Shown: positions 37,124-45,861 of the stretch, one piece after another | How the letters are laid out: each line of letters begins with the position of its first letter | How positions within the stretch are numbered: the first letter of the stretch is position 1 | Source: an uncultured Eubacteriales bacterium | GTDB lineage: Bacteria > Bacillota > Clostridia > Christensenellales > Aristaeellaceae | Reading direction: 5' to 3' | Length of the DNA: 64,000 bases | NCBI GenBank assembly: GCA_900550955.1 | Contig: URUF01000005.1 | Span: forward strand, 116 to 64,115 | Notes under the pieces: model-generated | The model's database searches: none | What the model saw: the letters and a program-made list of their open reading frames with translations, nothing else | Told to the model about the DNA's origin: nothing | Program-made: the position numbers and the translations under genes

Positions 37124-38152
37124 ATGGATACCAGCTTTGCGTTTTTGGGGCTGACTGTGCATGCCTACGGCCTGTGCGCCGCTGTGGCCGCGCTTTTGCT
37201 GCTTGTGCCCATGGGCATATTGGGCTATCGCCGCAGGCTGCCCGCGGGCACGGTGCGCGTGTTCGGCCTTATGGGAATTGTGCTGGGCGTTTTGGGAGCG
37301 CGCGCCGTATACTGCCTGTTTAACCTGTCCACCTTTATCGAAACCTATGAAAACCCCTGGCTGATGCTGTGCTTCTTTGACGGCGGGCTGGCTATGCCGG
37401 GGCTGCTTGGCGGGCTGTGCCTGGCCGCCGTGCTTACGGCGCGGTTGATGAAGGCGCGGCTGGGAACGCTTTTGGATGTGATGTGCGTGCCGGCGGGCCT
37501 AATGCTGGCCGCGCTGCGCTTTGGCGAGCGGTTTACCGATCTGGGCGTAGGCAAGGCCGTTGAGGAGGGATGGCTCACGGCGGCCGCGCCGTGGCTGTTT
37601 CAGCAAAGCCGCATGGGCGTGGCGGTGGAGTACCGGCTGAACGTGTGGGCGTATGAAGCGGCGGCGGGCCTTGCGCTGTTTGCGGCAACGCTTTTGGCGT
37701 ACCGCTGGCTGCGCGGACGCAGGGGCGCTCGCCCGGGCGATACGGCGCTGTGCTTCTTCTCGCTCTATGGCGCGAGCCAGACGCTTTTGGAAAGCATGCG
37801 CGACGACGGGCATATGATGATCGTTTTTTTGCGGATTGGCCAGGTGGCGGCGGCGCTTTGTGTGCTGATTGCCTGCGGCGTATGGCTTGCGCGGTATGCG
37901 CGCATCCGGGGACGGGCCGGCGGGCGCGTATGGCTTACGGTTGGCGGAGCGCTATTGTATGTAGCGGGCGTGGCGGCGCTGGAATTTTCGCTGGACGGCC
38001 GGCTGACCTTTGGCGCGCCGTCGCTTGCGCGCGATTACGGCCTGATGGCGGCCCTGTGCGCAATGATGGCCGCGCTAACCTGTTCGCTGATGATTACGCT
38101 GAACCGCCGGCTGTACCGCGAGGCTATCACGGTGCATGTGCCGCGCGGGTGA
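37124..38152 (+). CDS. Lgt-family (prolipoprotein diacylglyceryl transferase-like) membrane protein with degenerate signature
   Basis: Same architecture as Lgt (GARAVYCLFN..FFDGGLAMPGLLGG..YGASQTLLESMRDD). The canonical RxGNxxNxE box reads ALRFGERFTDLGVG. Confidence 0.55.
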   Translation: MDTSFAFLGLTVHAYGLCAAVAALLLLVPMGILGYRRRLPAGTVRVFGLMGIVLGVLGARAVYCLFNLSTFIETYENPWLMLCFFDGGLAMPGLLGGLCLAAVLTARLMKARLGTLLDVMCVPAGLMLAALRFGERFTDLGVGKAVEEGWLTAAAPWLFQQSRMGVAVEYRLNVWAYEAAAGLALFAATLLAYRWLRGRRGARPGDTALCFFSLYGASQTLLESMRDDGHMMIVFLRIGQVAAALCVLIACGVWLARYARIRGRAGGRVWLTVGGALLYVAGVAALEFSLDGRLTFGAPSLARDYGLMAALCAMMAALTCSLMITLNRRLYREAITVHVPRG

Positions 38153-38170
38153 AAGCGAAGGAGGGCCAAA

Positions 38171-38638
38171 ATGGAAAGCTATGCCTGCGTGTGCGTTACG
38201 CCGGTGGGGCCCATAACGCTGGTGGAGCGCGGCGGCGCGCTTGTAGAGGCGCGCTTTGGCGAAGCCGTGCGGCAGGAGCTGCTTGTGAAAACGCCCGTGC
38301 TTGCAAAGGCGGAGCGGGAGCTGCTGGCCTATTTTCGCGGCGAATGCAGGGCCTTTACCGTGCCGCTGAAGCCGGAGGGCACCGCGTTTCAGCGGCGGTG
38401 CTGGGAGGCGCTTTGCCGCATCCCCTACGGGGAAACGCGCACCTATCAGCAGCAGGCGGAGGCGATTGGCAATCCGCGCGCTTGCCGCGCCGTGGGCATG
38501 GCGAATCATTTGAACCCGCTGCCTATTTTGATTCCCTGCCACAGGGTGATTGGCAAAAACGGAAAGCTGACCGGCTACGCCGGGGGAACGGCGGTTAAGG
38601 AGCTGCTTTTGCACCTGGAAACAAGCAAGAAAGGATGA
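38171..38638 (+). CDS. ogt: Methylated-DNA--protein-cysteine methyltransferase
   Basis: IPYGETRTYQQQA..NPLPILIPCHRVIG active-site motif. Confidence 0.85.
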   Translation: MESYACVCVTPVGPITLVERGGALVEARFGEAVRQELLVKTPVLAKAERELLAYFRGECRAFTVPLKPEGTAFQRRCWEALCRIPYGETRTYQQQAEAIGNPRACRAVGMANHLNPLPILIPCHRVIGKNGKLTGYAGGTAVKELLLHLETSKKG

Positions 38639-38643
38639 GCCAT

Positions 38644-40404
38644 ATGATCCATCGCAAAACCAAAATCGTATGCACGCTGGGCCCCGCTACCGAGGAGGAT
38701 GCGGTCCTGCGGGAGCTGATTCTCTCCGGCATGAACGTGGCCAGGCTGAACTTTTCCCACGGGACGCACGAAACGCATCTGCACAACATCAACCGCATCA
38801 AGGCCATCCGCAAGGAGCTAAACCTGCCCATTGCCATTATGCTGGATACCAAGGGGCCGGAGATCCGCCTGGAAACGTTTGAAAACGGCAAGGTGCAGCT
38901 TGTGAAGGGGCAAACCTTTACGCTGTGTACGCAGAGCATTGTGGGCAACGCGGAGCGCGCGTCCATCACCTATCCCGAGCTGCCGCGCGATATCCATGAG
39001 GGCACCACCATCCTGATTGACGACGGCCTGGTGGGCATGACGGTGCGCAGCCTTACCGCCAGCGAGATCGTGTGCACCGTGAACAACGACGGCGTGATTT
39101 CCGACCGCAAGGGCATCAATGTGCCGGATGTACAGCTAAGCATGCCCTACCTCAGCCAAAAGGACCGCGAGGACATCGCCTTTGGCGTGCGCAACGGCGT
39201 TGATTTCGTGGCTGCGTCCTTTACGCGCAGCGCGGAGGATATTCTGGATGTGCGCAAAATTTTCAGCGCCGAGGGACGCACCAACATTTCCATCATCGCC
39301 AAGATTGAAAATATGCAGGGCGTGCAGAACATCGATGAAATCCTTCGCGTGAGCGACGGTATCATGGTGGCGCGCGGCGATTTGGGCGTGGAAATTCCGC
39401 TGGAGCAGGTGCCCGTGATTCAAAAGATGCTCATTCACAAGGCGTATTCTTCCGGCAAGCAGGTAATCACCGCCACCCAGATGCTGGACAGCATGATGAA
39501 AAATCCCCGCCCCACCCGCGCCGAGGCCGCCGACGTGGCCAACGCCATTTACGACGGCACCAGCGCCATTATGCTTTCCGGCGAAACGGCGGCCGGCCTA
39601 TACCCGGTGGAGGCCCTGCGCACCATGGCGCGCATCGCCCTTAGCGCGGAACGGGATATCAACTATCAAAAGCGTTTTAAGGAACGCGATACCGACCTTA
39701 CGCCCGATGTGACCAACGCGATCTCGCACGCCACATGCACCTCCGCGCACGATTTGGGGGCCACGGCCATTCTAACGGTTACCAAGGGCGGCCGCACCGC
39801 GAAGATGATCTCCAAGTACAGGCCCAGCTGCCCTATTATTTGCTGTACGACGGATGAAACCGTGTGCCGCCAGCTAAACCTGAGCTGGGGCGTTATCCCC
39901 CTGATGATTGAGGAGGCCACCAACACGGACGATCTGTTTGAGCGCGCGGTGCAGGCCGGTGAAAACGCGGGCCTTTTGCACGACGGCGAGCTGGTTGTGA
40001 TGACCGCGGGCGTGCCCCTTGGCATCAGCGGCACCACCAACCTGATGAAGGTGCATGTGGTGGGGCATATCCTGGTTACCGGCCATGGCGTGACGCAGCA
40101 AAGCTGCTGCGGCAGCCTGTGCGTATGCCGCAATGGCGAGGAAGCCATGCGCACCTTCAATGACGGCGATATTTTGGTGATTTCCCAAACCACCAATACG
40201 CTTTTGCCGCTTGTGCGCAAGGCCAGCGGCCTCATCCTGGAGGATAGCAACCCCAACGGGCATGGCGCGATTGCGGGCATGAGCCTGAACCTGCCGGTGA
40301 TCATTGGCGCGGAAAACGCCACCAAGATTTTGAAAAGCGGCGCCGTGGTAACGCTGGACGCAGAGCGGGGCGTGGTGAGCTGCAATGCGGGCAATATGCT
40401 GTAA
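38644..40404 (+). CDS. pyk: Pyruvate kinase with C-terminal PEP-utilizer mobile (swivel) domain
   Basis: KTKIVCTLGPAT..NVARLNFSHG..MLDTKGPEIR..MVARGDLGVEIP, followed by a C-terminal extension of roughly 100 aa. AAAGGA lies 8 nt before the ATG at 38644. An alternative ATG at 38635 overlaps the ogt stop. Confidence 0.95.
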   Translation: MIHRKTKIVCTLGPATEEDAVLRELILSGMNVARLNFSHGTHETHLHNINRIKAIRKELNLPIAIMLDTKGPEIRLETFENGKVQLVKGQTFTLCTQSIVGNAERASITYPELPRDIHEGTTILIDDGLVGMTVRSLTASEIVCTVNNDGVISDRKGINVPDVQLSMPYLSQKDREDIAFGVRNGVDFVAASFTRSAEDILDVRKIFSAEGRTNISIIAKIENMQGVQNIDEILRVSDGIMVARGDLGVEIPLEQVPVIQKMLIHKAYSSGKQVITATQMLDSMMKNPRPTRAEAADVANAIYDGTSAIMLSGETAAGLYPVEALRTMARIALSAERDINYQKRFKERDTDLTPDVTNAISHATCTSAHDLGATAILTVTKGGRTAKMISKYRPSCPIICCTTDETVCRQLNLSWGVIPLMIEEATNTDDLFERAVQAGENAGLLHDGELVVMTAGVPLGISGTTNLMKVHVVGHILVTGHGVTQQSCCGSLCVCRNGEEAMRTFNDGDILVISQTTNTLLPLVRKASGLILEDSNPNGHGAIAGMSLNLPVIIGAENATKILKSGAVVTLDAERGVVSCNAGNML

Positions 40405-40491
40405 CATCGAGAACTGTTCCGCAGGCGGCAGGCAAAGCGGCGATTATCCCTTTGAGCTGTGGATTCCCGTAAAACGAAAGGAAAAAGGCCA

Positions 40492-40929
40492 ATGAACCTG
40501 TTGATCAGCGCGTGCCTGATGGGCATAAAGTGCCGCTATGACGGCGGCGCGCAAAGGCTTAGCCGCCTGGATGAACTGATGGAGCGCTATGTGCTGGTGC
40601 CTGTGTGCCCAGAGGTAATGGGAGGGCTAAGCACGCCGCGCGACCCAAGCGAGATTGTGAATGGCCGGGTGATTTCCTGCAAGGGACGCGATGTAACGGA
40701 GGCGTTTGCGAAGGGCGCGGAGGAGGCCGCCCGCATCGCGCGGATGTGCAGCTGCACCTGTGCGCTGCTCAAGGAGCGCAGCCCGTCGTGCGGCTGCGGG
40801 CAGGTTTACGACGGCACGTTCTCGGGCGCGAAGCGCGAGGGCAACGGCCTTTGCGCCGATGCGCTGCTGAAGCAGGGCGTGCGTGTGATTGGCGAATCGC
40901 GCGTAAGCGAGCTGCTGGACGAGATGTAA
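40492..40929 (+). CDS. DUF523 (YbbK/TudS-like, Cys-rich) family protein
   Basis: LISACLMGIKCRYDGG..VCPEV..ERSPSCG pattern of conserved cysteines. Confidence 0.7.
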   Translation: MNLLISACLMGIKCRYDGGAQRLSRLDELMERYVLVPVCPEVMGGLSTPRDPSEIVNGRVISCKGRDVTEAFAKGAEEAARIARMCSCTCALLKERSPSCGCGQVYDGTFSGAKREGNGLCADALLKQGVRVIGESRVSELLDEM

Positions 40930-40956
40930 GAATTGTAAAAAGCACAAAAACGGCAA

Positions 40957-40999
40957 GAAGCCCGAAACCGTTGAGGAAAAACGGTTCCGGGCTTCTTTT
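40957..40999 (+). terminator. Rho-independent terminator after the DUF523 gene
   Basis: gaagcccgaaaccgtt / aacggttccgggcttc stem (one mismatch) followed by ttttg. Confidence 0.7.
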
Positions 41000-41040
41000 G
41001 CTATTGACATCATATCACAAAACCGGCAAAAAGTCAAGAA

Positions 41041-41069
41041 TTGTAAGGCTTTGCGGACTAAGGTATACT
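41041..41069 (+). promoter_or_regulatory. Candidate sigma-A promoter of the two-gene hypothetical module
   Basis: TTGTAA, 17-nt spacer, TATACT. AGGAGG and the ATG at 41092 follow. Confidence 0.55.
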
Positions 41070-41091
41070 GTTCGCCCAGGAGGTGAACGGT

Positions 41092-41550
41092 ATGGATGAA
41101 CGGGAGAATGGCTTGATTCCCGTGATGGGATTTGCGCAAACGGCGCTTTCGCCGCAGGCGTTGGAAAGGTGCAACGCGCTATCGGAGCGGTTTGGGCTGC
41201 GGTTGACGCCGACGCAGGCGCGCGAGCTTGACCGGGCGCGTTTGCGCGCGCTGGAGGACACGGGACGCGTGGAGCTGGATGGCGGGGTGCTACCGAAGCT
41301 GATTTATGCGTTTTGTGATTCGCCCTTTCTGGAAGCGGACGCCTACGCCGAAACATTGGAGGCGCTGCAAGCGCTGTTTTATGCCTTCAAGGCGGAAACG
41401 CGCGACGCGCTTTCGGACGACGAGGTGATTGAGGGAATGGCGGCGGCCTTCCACGGCCCGGCGCAGGGCTCGCTGGAATACCTGGAGGGGATGAGCGCCG
41501 CCGAGCTTTACCGCTTTTCCCTGGGAAAGGGGGAGAGCGATGAGGCCTGA
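41092..41550 (+). CDS. Hypothetical acidic, helical-looking protein (152 aa)
   Basis: Strong AGGAGG RBS 8 nt before the ATG and clean coding-like composition. I recognise no motif. Confidence 0.5.
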   Translation: MDERENGLIPVMGFAQTALSPQALERCNALSERFGLRLTPTQARELDRARLRALEDTGRVELDGGVLPKLIYAFCDSPFLEADAYAETLEALQALFYAFKAETRDALSDDEVIEGMAAAFHGPAQGSLEYLEGMSAAELYRFSLGKGESDEA

Positions 41551-42427
41551 CGCATGGCTTGCGCAGCTTGACCTGACGCATGGCGAGCGCACATTGCTCG
41601 CAAACAGGCTTTGGGCGCTGCTTGAGCGAACGGTCCGGCGGTATACCCAGGGCGACAGCACCTCTGTCCCGCAGGAAACGGCGGAAGAACTGCTGACGTC
41701 GCTGTGCTTTACGCTGGAGCGGTACCGGTCGCTTAACGGCATACCAGTGCGCGGACTGCTGGACGGCGCGATGGAACAATGGCTTGAGCGCGCGCAGGAG
41801 CGCCTTTGCGCGGATGTGGAGGATGGCAAACGGCTATGGACGCGCGCATGCGCCAGCCTGCCGCCGTTTGAAAGCGAGGCGATGCAGGGAACGCTGCGCG
41901 CGATTGGCGGTTTCTTTGACAGGTACGACGCCGCCTTCCTGGCGCATGAGATTCCCTGTATGATCGATTATCCGCTGATGCTGCCGGTTTCGGAGGCGCT
42001 GGCTGGCATTGATTTTATCCGGGCGTATTTGTGGCGCATCGTTGTGGAAAACGCGCTGCTGGCCGCCTTTGACCCGCGGGAGGAAAGACGGGTCAACAGC
42101 TTGTGCTGCGCGGAGTATGCCACGCTGCCCGTAAACCTGTGCCTGCCTGTTTTGACCAACGCGGTTGGGCGGGGAATGGCGGGCCTTGCGCCGGGAAAAC
42201 TGCTGCTGGCGCGTAAAGAATTTGCGACGCTTGAGGAACGCTTGGCCGGGCTTGGGCGCGGCGCGCTTTTGGAAGCGCTGGAAGCCGCTGCCGAAAGGGT
42301 ATGCGCTTACGCCGGCCTTACGGATGCGCAGGCGCGCGGCTATGCGGGCCTGGCCGCGCGGACGCTTGCGCCGCGCATCCTTGCCGCCAGGCCCGACAGG
42401 AGGCATGTGTTCCTGATTGGCCCCTGA
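41540..42427 (+). CDS. Hypothetical protein (295 aa), apparently translationally coupled to the upstream gene
   Basis: Overlaps the upstream ORF by 11 nt. GGGGGAG lies upstream of its ATG. I recognise no motif. Confidence 0.5.
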   Translation: MRPDAWLAQLDLTHGERTLLANRLWALLERTVRRYTQGDSTSVPQETAEELLTSLCFTLERYRSLNGIPVRGLLDGAMEQWLERAQERLCADVEDGKRLWTRACASLPPFESEAMQGTLRAIGGFFDRYDAAFLAHEIPCMIDYPLMLPVSEALAGIDFIRAYLWRIVVENALLAAFDPREERRVNSLCCAEYATLPVNLCLPVLTNAVGRGMAGLAPGKLLLARKEFATLEERLAGLGRGALLEALEAAAERVCAYAGLTDAQARGYAGLAARTLAPRILAARPDRRHVFLIGP

Positions 42428-42431
42428 CGGC

Positions 42432-42477
42432 AAAAAAAGGACTGCCGCGCCCCAACCGGCGCGACAGCCCCCTTTTG
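42432..42477. terminator. Bidirectional terminator between the hypothetical module and the SH3b gene
   Basis: aaaaaaagga-ctgccgcgcc-ccaacc-ggcgcgacag-cccccttttgg. Confidence 0.6.
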
Positions 42478-42484
42478 GAATGGT

Positions 42485-43435
42485 TTACTTGACGGCCTGG
42501 AAGAAGTAGCGGCTCACATAGCCGGTCACGCCGTCGATTTCGGCCTTGCACCACACGTCGCCAACGCTGGTCACGGTGATCTGGGTGCCTACGGGATACG
42601 CCTTGATGATGGGCGTGCCCAGGCCGGGAGCCGTGCGGAAGTTGACGATATGGTTGCCGTTGGGGTTCACCAGCTTAGCGGTGAAGGGCGTTTCGGGCAG
42701 CGTGGCGCTGCCGGTGGAGCCGGTGGTCACCTTGATGAATTTCTTCATCATGTAACCGTTCTGGCCGTTTACGCTCACCTTGTAGAAGCTGCCGCTTTCG
42801 CCAAGCAGCTTCACGCTGGTGCCGTTGCGGTAGTAGCCCAGCACGCGGGCGCTGGTGCTGGCGGTTTCACGCAGCAAAAGCACCTGGTTGGCGCCGGGGT
42901 TGTTTACCACGCCGGTCTTGGGGTAGCCCGCGATGGAGCCGCCGCCGGTGCTGCCGCCGCTCTGGGAGGCGGAGAGGTAACGGCTGTCCATATAACCGAC
43001 GGTGCCGTTCACGCTCACCTTATACCAGCCGTTGCCGCGCAGCAGAACGTCCACCGCCGTGCCGGGCTTGAAGCTGGTAATGATATTGCCCTCCAGGCTG
43101 GGCTGGTCGCGCAGGTTGAGGCCGCGGCCGGTGTTGGTGCGCACGTAGAGCTGGCTGTTGCCGGAGGTTTCGGAGAGGTACTTGCTCATTACGTAGCCTT
43201 CCAAACCGTTGACCTTAACCTTGCTCCAGCCGTCATTGGTTTCAATGACGGTCATCCAGGTGCCGGTGGGGAACTGCTTGAGAACCTTGGCCGTGAGGGA
43301 AGGTTCGGCGCGCAGGTTCAGCGTGCCGCCCTTGACTACCATGGGCGTTTCGGCCAAAGAAACCAGAGGCAGCATCAGCGCCAGGATGAGCGCGAGCACA
43401 GGGAGGCATCTTTTGTACAGACGGGTCTTTTGCAT
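42485..43435 (-). CDS. Secreted protein made of four bacterial SH3 (SH3b) repeats
   Basis: Signal peptide MQKTRLYKRCLPVLALILALMLPLVSLA, then four units of about 65 aa each ending in G(W/F)(Y/S)KV.VNG..GY(V/M). AAAAAGGAGG RBS before the ATG at 43435. The track ORF is over-extended by 133 codons. Confidence 0.75.
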   Translation of the reverse strand: MQKTRLYKRCLPVLALILALMLPLVSLAETPMVVKGGTLNLRAEPSLTAKVLKQFPTGTWMTVIETNDGWSKVKVNGLEGYVMSKYLSETSGNSQLYVRTNTGRGLNLRDQPSLEGNIITSFKPGTAVDVLLRGNGWYKVSVNGTVGYMDSRYLSASQSGGSTGGGSIAGYPKTGVVNNPGANQVLLLRETASTSARVLGYYRNGTSVKLLGESGSFYKVSVNGQNGYMMKKFIKVTTGSTGSATLPETPFTAKLVNPNGNHIVNFRTAPGLGTPIIKAYPVGTQITVTSVGDVWCKAEIDGVTGYVSRYFFQAVK

Positions 43436-43772
43436 AATGGGGATACCTCCTTTTTGTTTTGGCGTAGGGCCTTGCCCTCGCCTTTCTCCCATCAGACGAA
43501 CCAGGGCGGAACTTTCCTTCCGCCAAAGGAAAACCGATACAACCAATATATGAAAACAAAAGCAGAAAGTAACAGAAAATTGGCGCCGGATGCCAGCAAC
43601 CATGAGGGAAAAGCGTTCTTTTCGGGCCTTTTTCAGGCGGCGGTGTGGCGCAAATTTCCATTCCAGGGCCCGAAAAATACGGCTTTGCGATGCGGAAATT
43701 CCGCTTTTGACAGGCATTGTTTGAAACCTTGACCCTTGCCGCGGGCATCCTAGCCATAGCCTGTGAAAAGGA

Positions 43773-44267
43773 GTGAGCGGCGTGCTGACCAGCCTGAAGT
43801 GGATGGTAGGCCTGCCGGTGGTTTGGCAGGACAAGCAGCTTGGCTATGTGGAACGCGCAATTCCAGACGCGATATCCAAGCGGCTAAGCGGCGTGGTGGT
43901 GCGCAAGGGCATTGGCACGGCCAAATGGGCCTCGGCGGACAACATCCTTGTGGTGGGCGCGCAATGCGTGCTGCTGGGCCAAAAGCCCACACGCATGCCG
44001 GATGGTGAAACAGGCGCGCTGGGCCGCGCGTTTTTAACCTCCGGCGAGTGTGCCGGCGAGGTGACCGACGTGGTTATCCAAAGCGATACGCTCAGAGTAG
44101 CGGCGTTGGAGCTGAGCCCGGGGCCGGTGTACCGGCTTATGGGCAGGCGGGCGTATGCGGCGGAGTACCGCGTGGAGCAATCCGCCCGGAAGGGCGAGGT
44201 AGTGGTGCCGCAGCTTTTGACATGGGCGCAGCTCAGAAGGAAGCTTGGAGAGGAGGCCGAAGGATGA
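43773..44267 (+). CDS. Tandem PRC-barrel-like (YlmC/YmxH-like) protein
   Basis: Two segments resemble PRC-barrel modules (GLPVVWQDKQLGYVERAI..LSGVVV and TSGECAGEVTDVVIQSDTLRVAALELS). The likely true start is the GTG at 43782, 9 nt after AAAGGAG. Confidence 0.4.
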   Translation: MSGVLTSLKWMVGLPVVWQDKQLGYVERAIPDAISKRLSGVVVRKGIGTAKWASADNILVVGAQCVLLGQKPTRMPDGETGALGRAFLTSGECAGEVTDVVIQSDTLRVAALELSPGPVYRLMGRRAYAAEYRVEQSARKGEVVVPQLLTWAQLRRKLGEEAEG

Positions 44268-44407
44268 ACGCATTGAAAACGGCTGCTGTGGGTGCGTTGG
44301 GTTTTGCCGTAGGCGCGGGCGCAATGCTGATGCCCGGGAACCAAAAGCTGAAGCGTCAGGCGCAAAAGCAGATAGACAAGCTGGTGCGGATGAGCAAGCA
44401 GTGGTAA
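44264..44407 (+). CDS. 47-aa small membrane-associated protein (hypothetical)
   Basis: MNALKTAAVGALGFAVGAGAMLMPGNQKLKRQAQKQIDKLVRMSKQW. ATGA overlap with the upstream stop and GGAGAGGAGG upstream. Confidence 0.4.
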   Translation: MNALKTAAVGALGFAVGAGAMLMPGNQKLKRQAQKQIDKLVRMSKQW

Positions 44408-44481
44408 GCCTTGCCGGGCGGCGCAACCCGCGCCGCCCGGCGGGTATGCCGCAAAATGCGTTTTGGAAAGGGGGCGCACAT

Positions 44482-45525
44482 ATGCAGGCTCAAAGTATCG
44501 CGCGCTTTAAATGGCGATGGGTTGCGGCTGCGGCGGCGGTTGCGCTGCTCATATGGGCGCGGGCGCTGGTGTGGCAGGCTGTTGGGCAGCTGTTCCTTGG
44601 CATGCTGGCGGCGTTGGCTGCACTGCCCATTATGAAGCGGCTGGAAAAGCATGTGTCCAGCGGGCTGGCGGCCTCGCTTGCCATGACAAGCTTGAGCATT
44701 GGGCTGATCGCGCTGCTATTGATGCTTGCGCCCTCGTTAATTCAGCAGGGAAGGCAGCTGATTTCCCTGCTACCTGTATTATATGGCGCGGCCGAGGCTT
44801 TGATCCAACAGGGGCAGGCGTGGCTGGCCCAAAACGGCGTGATTGTGGATGAGCAATTTAAGACGACCCTTTTGAACCGGGGGCAGGAAATGCTTAGCAG
44901 CGCGGCCCCGGCCGTGATGGGCTGGGCGGGCGGCCTGGCCGGCAGCCTAGGAAAATGGATGCTTGCGCCCGTGTTTGCCTTCTATTTTCTGAAAGACCGC
45001 AAGCGAATAGGCGAGTGGCTTTTGGCGCTGGTGCCTGTTGGCAAGCGGGGCGTAACGGTACGCATGCTTAGGGAAATGCGGCGCGAAACGGCGGGCTATG
45101 TGCGCGGACAGCTGATGGTATCGGCCGTGGTGGGCGGGCTTACGGCGATTGGGCTGCTGTTTTGCGGCGTGCCCGCCTGGCTGCTTTTGGGCGTCGTAAT
45201 GGGCGTTTTGGAGCTGATTCCCTATGTGGGGCCCTTTCTGGGCGGCGTGCTGGTGGCTTTGTTTTCGCTGCCAAGCGGCCTAGGGCGCACGCTGTGGGCC
45301 CTTGGCGTGGTTATCCTGGTGCAGCAGCTGGAGGGCGGCATGCTGTCGCCGCAGCTGATGAGCGACGCAACCCAACTGCACCCTATTGCGGTGGTGCTAT
45401 GCGTGATGCTGGGCGGTACGGCCGCCGGTATGGCGGGAATTCTGCTTTCAGTGCCGCTGCTGCTATGCGCGCGCGCCGCTTTGCGGGTGATAGGGCTGTA
45501 CCGGGAGCTTGCGCAGAAAGGATAA
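44482..45525 (+). CDS. AI-2E family transporter (PerM/YhhT-like permease)
   Basis: [50 protein letters not shown] is the family core. Eight predicted TM segments. Confidence 0.8.
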   Translation: MQAQSIARFKWRWVAAAAAVALLIWARALVWQAVGQLFLGMLAALAALPIMKRLEKHVSSGLAASLAMTSLSIGLIALLLMLAPSLIQQGRQLISLLPVLYGAAEALIQQGQAWLAQNGVIVDEQFKTTLLNRGQEMLSSAAPAVMGWAGGLAGSLGKWMLAPVFAFYFLKDRKRIGEWLLALVPVGKRGVTVRMLREMRRETAGYVRGQLMVSAVVGGLTAIGLLFCGVPAWLLLGVVMGVLELIPYVGPFLGGVLVALFSLPSGLGRTLWALGVVILVQQLEGGMLSPQLMSDATQLHPIAVVLCVMLGGTAAGMAGILLSVPLLLCARAALRVIGLYRELAQKG

Positions 45526-45535
45526 AGAAAACGCT

Positions 45536-45563
45536 TTGCAAAGGCCAAAATATGGTGTATAAT
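45536..45563 (+). promoter_or_regulatory. Candidate sigma-A promoter (extended -10) of ireB-ruvX-DUF1292
   Basis: TTGCAA, 16-nt spacer, TGTATAAT. Confidence 0.55.
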
Positions 45564-45599
45564 CAATTCCGTATCACCTCAAGGAGGGAAGATTGGCTC

Positions 45600-45860
45600 A
45601 TGACGGAAATGAATGGAACGACGAAGTTCTCGCCTGTTGTAGAAGGAGGAAGCGACGCCAGCACCATCCTTTCGCATGTGTACCGCGCGCTTCAGGCCAA
45701 GGGGTACGACCCTGTGACGCAGCTGGTGGGATATTTGATCTCCGGTGACCCTACGTATATTACCAGCTATGGCCAGGCCCGCAGCATGATTTGCCGCCTG
45801 GAACGCGATGAGATCATGGAGGAGCTGGTTCGGGTATATTTGAAGGGGCTGGACAGCTAA
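45600..45860 (+). CDS. ireB: IreB-family regulatory phosphoprotein (UPF0297/YrzL)
   Basis: [53 protein letters not shown] present. Confidence 0.8.
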   Translation: MTEMNGTTKFSPVVEGGSDASTILSHVYRALQAKGYDPVTQLVGYLISGDPTYITSYGQARSMICRLERDEIMEELVRVYLKGLDS

Positions 45861-45861
45861 C

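Noticed and set aside
36275-37162. 295-aa minus-strand ORF and similar long antisense ORFs (46235-47212, 47112-48275, 49493-50308, 60755-61807, 12822-13817, 13848-14609, 42650-43732).
   Set aside because: Each is antisense to a gene with clear family motifs. They have biased Arg/Ala/Gly/His composition and no translation signals.
38635-38638. ATGA translational coupling between ogt and pyk.
   Set aside because: The ATG at 38644 has the properly spaced AAAGGA RBS and gives the conserved PK N-terminus. The overlap start is therefore probably not used.
43600-43720. Possible c-di-GMP (GEMM-I) or c-di-AMP (ydaO) riboswitch upstream of the SH3b gene.
   Set aside because: Only a CGCAAAGCC-like 9-mer matches GEMM-I. 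The GGCAAACC, GNRA tetraloop/receptor and closing GGUAGC..GGUUACC elements are not found, and the ydaO ACCCGAACCCG..CAGCUAACC core is absent. The region is kept only as an unassigned structured region in the findings.
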